Of a stretch of DNA of 64,000 bases, positions 60,575 to 64,000 are shown piece by piece. The notes below the pieces were generated by a model. That model ran no database searches. It was not told the origin of the DNA and saw nothing but the letters and a program-made list of their open reading frames with translations. Positions within the stretch are counted from its first letter, which is position 1; the number at the start of each line of letters is the position of its first letter. The position numbers and the translations under genes are program-made. Origin of the DNA: an uncultured Chloroflexia bacterium (GTDB lineage: Bacteria; Chloroflexota; Anaerolineae; CG2-30-64-16); the NCBI GenBank assembly GCA_963810095.1, contig CAWEMM010000009.1, positions 352,001 to 416,000 of the forward strand, given 5' to 3'.

Positions 60575-61726
60575 ATGACCGCGCCAGACAAGCCGACCTT
60601 CTCGGACCTCCTCAACATCGCCCTTGATGCACTGAAGATGTGGCCGCCGGACTACGTCCGGTCGATCCTCGGACCGGTGAGCACGTGGCTCCCGCCGCAG
60701 AATCCGTATTCCGAGTTCACCGTGCTCGATCCCTGGCGCCTGCGTCGGGCGCTCAAGTACCTCGTCGACGTGACCGTGCCCTCATTCTCGGGCGCGCCAC
60801 CGCCGTTCCTCGCCACTCTCATGCCGCCCTTCCTCGAAGACCTGTTCTTCGTGCAAACCGAGGTCCTGCATCGCCCGGACTACTATGCCGACTACACGAG
60901 CTTCCCGCGCGAGAAGTGGTTCTTCATCAACGGCATCCTGACGAACGGCGACGTGGCACAACTCAACGCGGCTTGCATCTCCTGGCTGTTCCACCGGCCG
61001 GTCACCTTGATCCAGAACGCGACCGACGGCGCAGTGCGCGACCTGTACGAATGTGCACTCGGCAAGGAGTGGTACCGGGATACCTCAAACACCGAGGCGG
61101 CGCGGATTGCGTTTCCGGCCATCTACGATGCCCTGACCGACCCGTCCAAGGACAAGGTAGTCGTCATCTGCCATTCGCAGGGCACCATCATCATGGCGGT
61201 TGTGCTGGCCGCGCTCGAGATGCTGCACCGCGCCGGGGACGGATCCCGCGGGCTGGACGAGGGCGCGCCCCTGCCGATTCCGCTGGACGAGGCGGACCTG
61301 GATTTGGGCGACTTTGCTGCACTGACCCCCGAGCAGTGGGAGAAGCTAGAGGTCTACTTCTTCGCGACGTGCGCGAACGAAATCCGTCATCATGCCTGCG
61401 TGGCCGGGCCGCGCCCAGTGCCGTGGCTCGAGCATTTCGGCAACGAGCGCGATCTCGTCGCTCGGCTGGGCATGTTCGCGCCCGAGGCTGACAAGTGCGG
61501 CGTCCACATTGAAGGGGCAACTTATATTCGCCGCAGCGCCTGGGGCCACCTGCTGAACATCGACTACCTGCTGCCGATTGCCGCGGAGCAGAAGCGAGGG
61601 CGGCGACGCGGCGGCCGGTGCGATTCCGAGCCCTTCAGCCTCGTCGAGGCAGAGCCGTACGGGTACACGGACATGCCGCGCCTCTTCGATTACATCAACG
61701 GGGGCTCACCGCCCGACTGGCCGTAG
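60575..61726 (+). CDS. Hypothetical alpha/beta-hydrolase-like protein
   Basis: WFFINGI, ICHSQG nucleophile elbow, EHFGNERDLVARLG and GHLLN. Confidence 0.6.
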   Translation: MTAPDKPTFSDLLNIALDALKMWPPDYVRSILGPVSTWLPPQNPYSEFTVLDPWRLRRALKYLVDVTVPSFSGAPPPFLATLMPPFLEDLFFVQTEVLHRPDYYADYTSFPREKWFFINGILTNGDVAQLNAACISWLFHRPVTLIQNATDGAVRDLYECALGKEWYRDTSNTEAARIAFPAIYDALTDPSKDKVVVICHSQGTIIMAVVLAALEMLHRAGDGSRGLDEGAPLPIPLDEADLDLGDFAALTPEQWEKLEVYFFATCANEIRHHACVAGPRPVPWLEHFGNERDLVARLGMFAPEADKCGVHIEGATYIRRSAWGHLLNIDYLLPIAAEQKRGRRRGGRCDSEPFSLVEAEPYGYTDMPRLFDYINGGSPPDWP

Positions 61727-61755
61727 CGCGCTACGACCCTGCGGCGCGGTGACTC

Positions 61756-62043
61756 CTACAGCATTTCGATCGTGTAGTCGACCAGCTCTGCGTCCAGCCG
61801 CCAGGCTTCTATCGCCTCGGCGACCCGCTGCAGCAGGCCGTGCACGTAGTCGGCGCTGACGGAGACGGCGGCGACGCCAATGACCATGTGGCCGAGTTGG
61901 TCCATGTCCTCCACTTCGGCGACCGAGACGTTGAACTCCTTGCGAATGCGGGCGATGATGGGCTTGATGTTGCCCCGTTTCTCCTTGAGCGAGCCCACGC
62001 CGGGGATGTAGATCTCGAGGGTGAGCAAACCGACCGAGGCCAT
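61756..62043 (-). CDS. DUF503 (YlxP-like) protein
   Basis: SLKEKR, FNVSVAEV..D motifs. Confidence 0.85.
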   Translation of the reverse strand: MASVGLLTLEIYIPGVGSLKEKRGNIKPIIARIRKEFNVSVAEVEDMDQLGHMVIGVAAVSVSADYVHGLLQRVAEAIEAWRLDAELVDYTIEML

Positions 62044-62044
62044 G

Positions 62045-62557
62045 TCAGGCGGGGCCGGCTGCTGCCGCAGCGTCTGTTGCAGGGCCCGTGGCCGGCGGGG
62101 CCGCGAGATGGGCGCGCGCCCGAGCGGCAAATTCCTTCTCTGAGCCGTAAGTCAAGACGCGCTCGGCCTCGTCCAGGCCCGATACCCACCTCGGATTGAA
62201 GCGGGCTTCGTCCGCGCTCTGGAAGTTTGGCTCGCTGCGATGCGCGTCGGCCAGGCGCATGAGGTAGTAGCGCTCGGTGCGGCGCACGTGCTCGCCCTCG
62301 GCGTCGAGGTGCTTGTCGAACTCGGTGACGGTTGTGCCCAGGTCGGCCAGCACGTGCAGGCTGCAGTAGCCCGACTCTTCGCACGTCTCGCGCAGCGCGG
62401 CCTGTTCGTCCGTTTCGCCCGGTTCGACGTGGCCCTTGGGCAGGCGCACTTCGTGGACGATCTGGCCGTCGCGCTCCACCCAGCGCTCGATGAGCAGCAC
62501 CCGGCCCCCATCGTCCATCACCACCCCGCCCGCCGCGGTATATTCCCGTCGCCGCAT
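62045..62557 (-). CDS. NUDIX hydrolase
   Basis: AAGGVV and LPKGHVEPGETDEQAALRETCEESG Nudix box. Confidence 0.9.
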   Translation of the reverse strand: MRRREYTAAGGVVMDDGGRVLLIERWVERDGQIVHEVRLPKGHVEPGETDEQAALRETCEESGYCSLHVLADLGTTVTEFDKHLDAEGEHVRRTERYYLMRLADAHRSEPNFQSADEARFNPRWVSGLDEAERVLTYGSEKEFAARARAHLAAPPATGPATDAAAAAGPA

Positions 62558-62570
62558 AGAGATCTCCCTG

Positions 62571-62650
62571 CCACGCATTACACGAATGGTGCGAATTCAA
62601 CCAATTCCGGAGCCCGCCGGGGCAATCCGTTCAATTCGTGCCATTCGTCG
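62571..62650. repeat. Palindromic intergenic repeat, family C (CGAAT-periodic)
   Basis: CACGAATGGTGCGAATTCAACCAATT ... AATCCGTTCAATTCGTGCCATTCGT. Confidence 0.55.
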
Positions 62651-62658
62651 CCGCTTCG

Positions 62659-63465
62659 TCAGGCTCGCATCGTCCACACATCGTTCTGGTACTTGTCGCG
62701 CACGAGCTCGAGAGTCCAGGCCCGCTCCTGCTCGGTCAGCTCGCCCGCCACCAGCTCGATGCCCAGCGCCTCGGCCATGCCCGCTGTGAGAGCCTCGACC
62801 GCCTCTTCGTAGCGCACCACCCGGCCCAGGAGTTCCTCGACCGTGGCGGCATGTCCCTGTAACGACGCGCGTAGGGCCTCGCGTTCCGCCTCATCCTCAA
62901 AGTAGAGGCAGTCCACCACCCGGGTCAGGTCGCCCACCAGGGGCAGCGAGCCGTGCTGAAGCACGGAGGAGCTGCGCCGGGCCTGCGCGCTGCCGAGCAC
63001 CTTGCGAGTGCCCGACACGATCTCGTAGGCCGAGGGCACCTCGAAGCAGGCCGCAGACACGTCTGGCCCCGCACGGTTCGTGCCGGGCGCCTCCTGTGCC
63101 TCGATCCCCAGGCGCTGCAACCCGGCGACCAGGCCGTGACTGATGCGAAGGTAGCTGTCGAGTACGTACCCTTGCATGAGCGGATCGTCGGGCGCGGCGA
63201 CGATGGAGTAGGTCATCTCGTCGGTATGGAGGATGGCACGCCCTCCCGTCGGCCGGCGCACGACCTCGTAGCCGCGGGCGGCGCACCGGGCGAGGTCCAC
63301 GCCAGACGCGGCCTGGTTCCGGCCCAACGAGACACAGGGCGGGTCCCACGCATAGAAGCGCAGGGTGGGTGGGACGAGCCGTGCAGCAATTGCCTGGCTG
63401 ATCGCCTCGTCCACCGCCATGTTATGCGCGCCCGGCGCGGCCCGGTCAACAATCAAACGCCACAC
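62659..63465 (-). CDS. Lipoate-protein ligase/octanoyltransferase (LplA/LipM family)
   Basis: NMAVDEA, PTLRFYAW, RRPTGGRAILH, CFEVPS.YE, KVLGSAQ and LQHGS. Confidence 0.88.
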   Translation of the reverse strand: MWRLIVDRAAPGAHNMAVDEAISQAIAARLVPPTLRFYAWDPPCVSLGRNQAASGVDLARCAARGYEVVRRPTGGRAILHTDEMTYSIVAAPDDPLMQGYVLDSYLRISHGLVAGLQRLGIEAQEAPGTNRAGPDVSAACFEVPSAYEIVSGTRKVLGSAQARRSSSVLQHGSLPLVGDLTRVVDCLYFEDEAEREALRASLQGHAATVEELLGRVVRYEEAVEALTAGMAEALGIELVAGELTEQERAWTLELVRDKYQNDVWTMRA

Positions 63466-63494
63466 AAATACCTCGCGTTATTGAGGTTCTCGTT

Positions 63495-63575
63495 CACACG
63501 AAGAACCAAAGAACACAAAGTCGCACAAAGAGGGATCAAAAAGCCTTTGTGAGCCTTGGTGTTCTTCGGTTCTTC
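63495..63575. repeat. Palindromic intergenic repeat, family B
   Basis: GAAGAACCAAAGAACACAAAGTCGCACAAAG ... CTTTGTGAGCCTTGGTGTTCTTCGGTTCTTC. Confidence 0.75.
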
Positions 63576-63584
63576 CTGTTGCCG

Positions 63585-64000
63585 TTACTGCTCCCAGAGC
63601 AGGTACTTGCCGTCCTTGGCGAACAGCTCGCCGTCGACCGTCACCTCGCCCCCGCGGCGCAGATCGCAGAGCATGTCCCAGTGGATGGCCGACCGGTTGG
63701 TGGAGCCGGTCTCGGGATAGCCCGCGCCGAACGCCATGTGAACCGTGCCGCCGATCTTCTCGTCGAAGAGCATGTTCTTGATGAAGCGCTGGATGCCGAA
63801 ATTGGTGCCGAACGCGAACTCGCCCAGCCGCCGGCTGCCCTCATCCGTGGTCAGAATCTTGGTCAGGAACTCCTCGTTCTTGGCCGCGGTCCACTTGACC
63901 GCCACGCCGTCTTCGAACCACACCTGGACGCCCGCAACCTCGCGGCCCCCATAAATGGCCGGGAAGCTGAAGGAGACATGCCCGTTGATCTTCGTCTCTT
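63585..64000 (-). CDS. Aminopeptidase (M29, AmpS/PepS type), C-terminal part
   Basis: LGEFAFGTN, LFDEKIGGTVHMAFG and SAIHWDM. Confidence 0.88.
   Translation of the reverse strand, partial: ETKINGHVSFSFPAIYGGREVAGVQVWFEDGVAVKWTAAKNEEFLTKILTTDEGSRRLGEFAFGTNFGIQRFIKNMLFDEKIGGTVHMAFGAGYPETGSTNRSAIHWDMLCDLRRGGEVTVDGELFAKDGKYLLWEQ

Overview
High-GC bacterial window; gene style suggests Chloroflexota (Anaerolineae-like), which is an inference only. Many genes in 1-37 kb are broken by single-base frameshifts, most likely long-read indel errors, so several CDS calls are stitched across frames. Positions 1-29.5 kb form a large catabolic cluster for an unidentified substrate. It holds a BMP-type ABC importer, an amidohydrolase, two methenyl-H4MPT cyclohydrolase (Mch) paralogues with no other H4MPT genes nearby, an atypical PreA-like flavoprotein, UbiD, HcnABC-like amine dehydrogenase parts, a split 2-oxoacid dehydrogenase, sugar kinase/aldolase/isomerase genes and an XRE-cupin regulator. 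Its promoters share a TGTCAAC-N5-GTTGACA palindrome. Further along are a propionyl-CoA-synthase-like reductase-hydratase fusion, an AhpD-like gene with in-frame TGA (CxxU) plus a SECIS-like hairpin, leuS behind a Leu-rich leader peptide/attenuator, a cooF-cooS-acyl-CoA dehydrogenase-nuoE-nuoF-hoxU-like operon, tRNA-Asp(GTC), and three families of short palindromic repeats with about 9-nt internal periodicity.
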